Source: the human T2T-CHM13v2.0 reference genome, Homo sapiens. From it: DNA of 64,000 bases. The notes under the pieces were generated by a model that was not told the origin of the DNA, searched no databases, and saw nothing but the letters and a program-made list of their open reading frames with translations. The stretch lies in assembly GCF_009914755.1 (NCBI RefSeq), contig NC_060940.1; one strand, written 5' to 3'. Of this stretch, positions 63,752-64,000 are shown one piece after another. The first letter of the stretch is position 1. Each line of letters begins with the position of its first letter. A program made the position numbers and the translations under genes.

Positions 63752-64000
63752 AGTATTTATTGATCATTCTTGGGTGTTTATCGGAGAGGGGGATTTGGCA
63801 GGGTCATAGGACAATAGTGGAGGGAAGGTCAGCAGATAAACGTGAACAAGGGTCTCTGGTTTTCCTAGGCAGAGGGCCCTGCGGCCTTCCGCAGCGTTTG
63901 TATCCCTGGGTACTTGAGATTAGGGAGTGGTGATGACTCTTAACGAGCATGCTGCCTTCAAGCATCTGTTTAACAAAGCACATCTTGCACCGCCCTTAAT
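63725..64000 (-). mobile_element. SVA 3' end (SINE-R plus poly(A)), older SVA_A/B-like, cut by the window edge
   Basis: T27 at 63725-63751, then AGTATTTATTGATCATTCTTGGGTG...GCACCGCCCTTAAT. Differs from the 24-kb SVA at several positions (GATCATTC, GTCATAGG, GGGCCCTG, GGGTACTTG, AGGGAGTGG). Confidence 0.93.

Overview
Human (hominid) genomic DNA. It is not microbial, and I see no CRISPR array or novel multi-gene system. The right part holds a complete + strand eIF3 subunit C gene: a CpG-island promoter at ~38.0-38.5 kb, a non-coding exon 1, and 20 coding exons from ATG 38351 to TGA 62094. My manual splicing gives 2742 nt (913 aa) with all introns GT-AG. This fits EIF3C in the 16p11.2 segmental-duplication region; its near-identical paralogue EIF3CL cannot be fully excluded. 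The gene hosts the MIR6862 tailed-mirtron hairpin. The left 38 kb is almost all transposon-derived: about 100+ Alu copies or fragments across the window, L1 remnants, a solo LTR12 with a 4-bp TSD, a decayed ERVL provirus with an LTR41-like 5' LTR carrying a strong CTCF motif, a hAT (Cheshire/MER58-like) fossil, a full-length young SVA (F-like) and a CDC37 processed pseudogene. A second, older-type SVA begins at the right edge. The most notable observations are: (1) the young SVA has a 29-nt 3' transduction and no TSD, suggesting an insertion-associated deletion; (2) the LTR could be a distal promoter that bypasses the EIF3C 5'TOP; (3) EIF3C has no canonical poly(A) signal; (4) an abrupt Alu/SVA junction lies 1.6 kb past the stop codon. 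Repeat subfamily names come from recalled consensus sequences and need RepeatMasker/Dfam confirmation.
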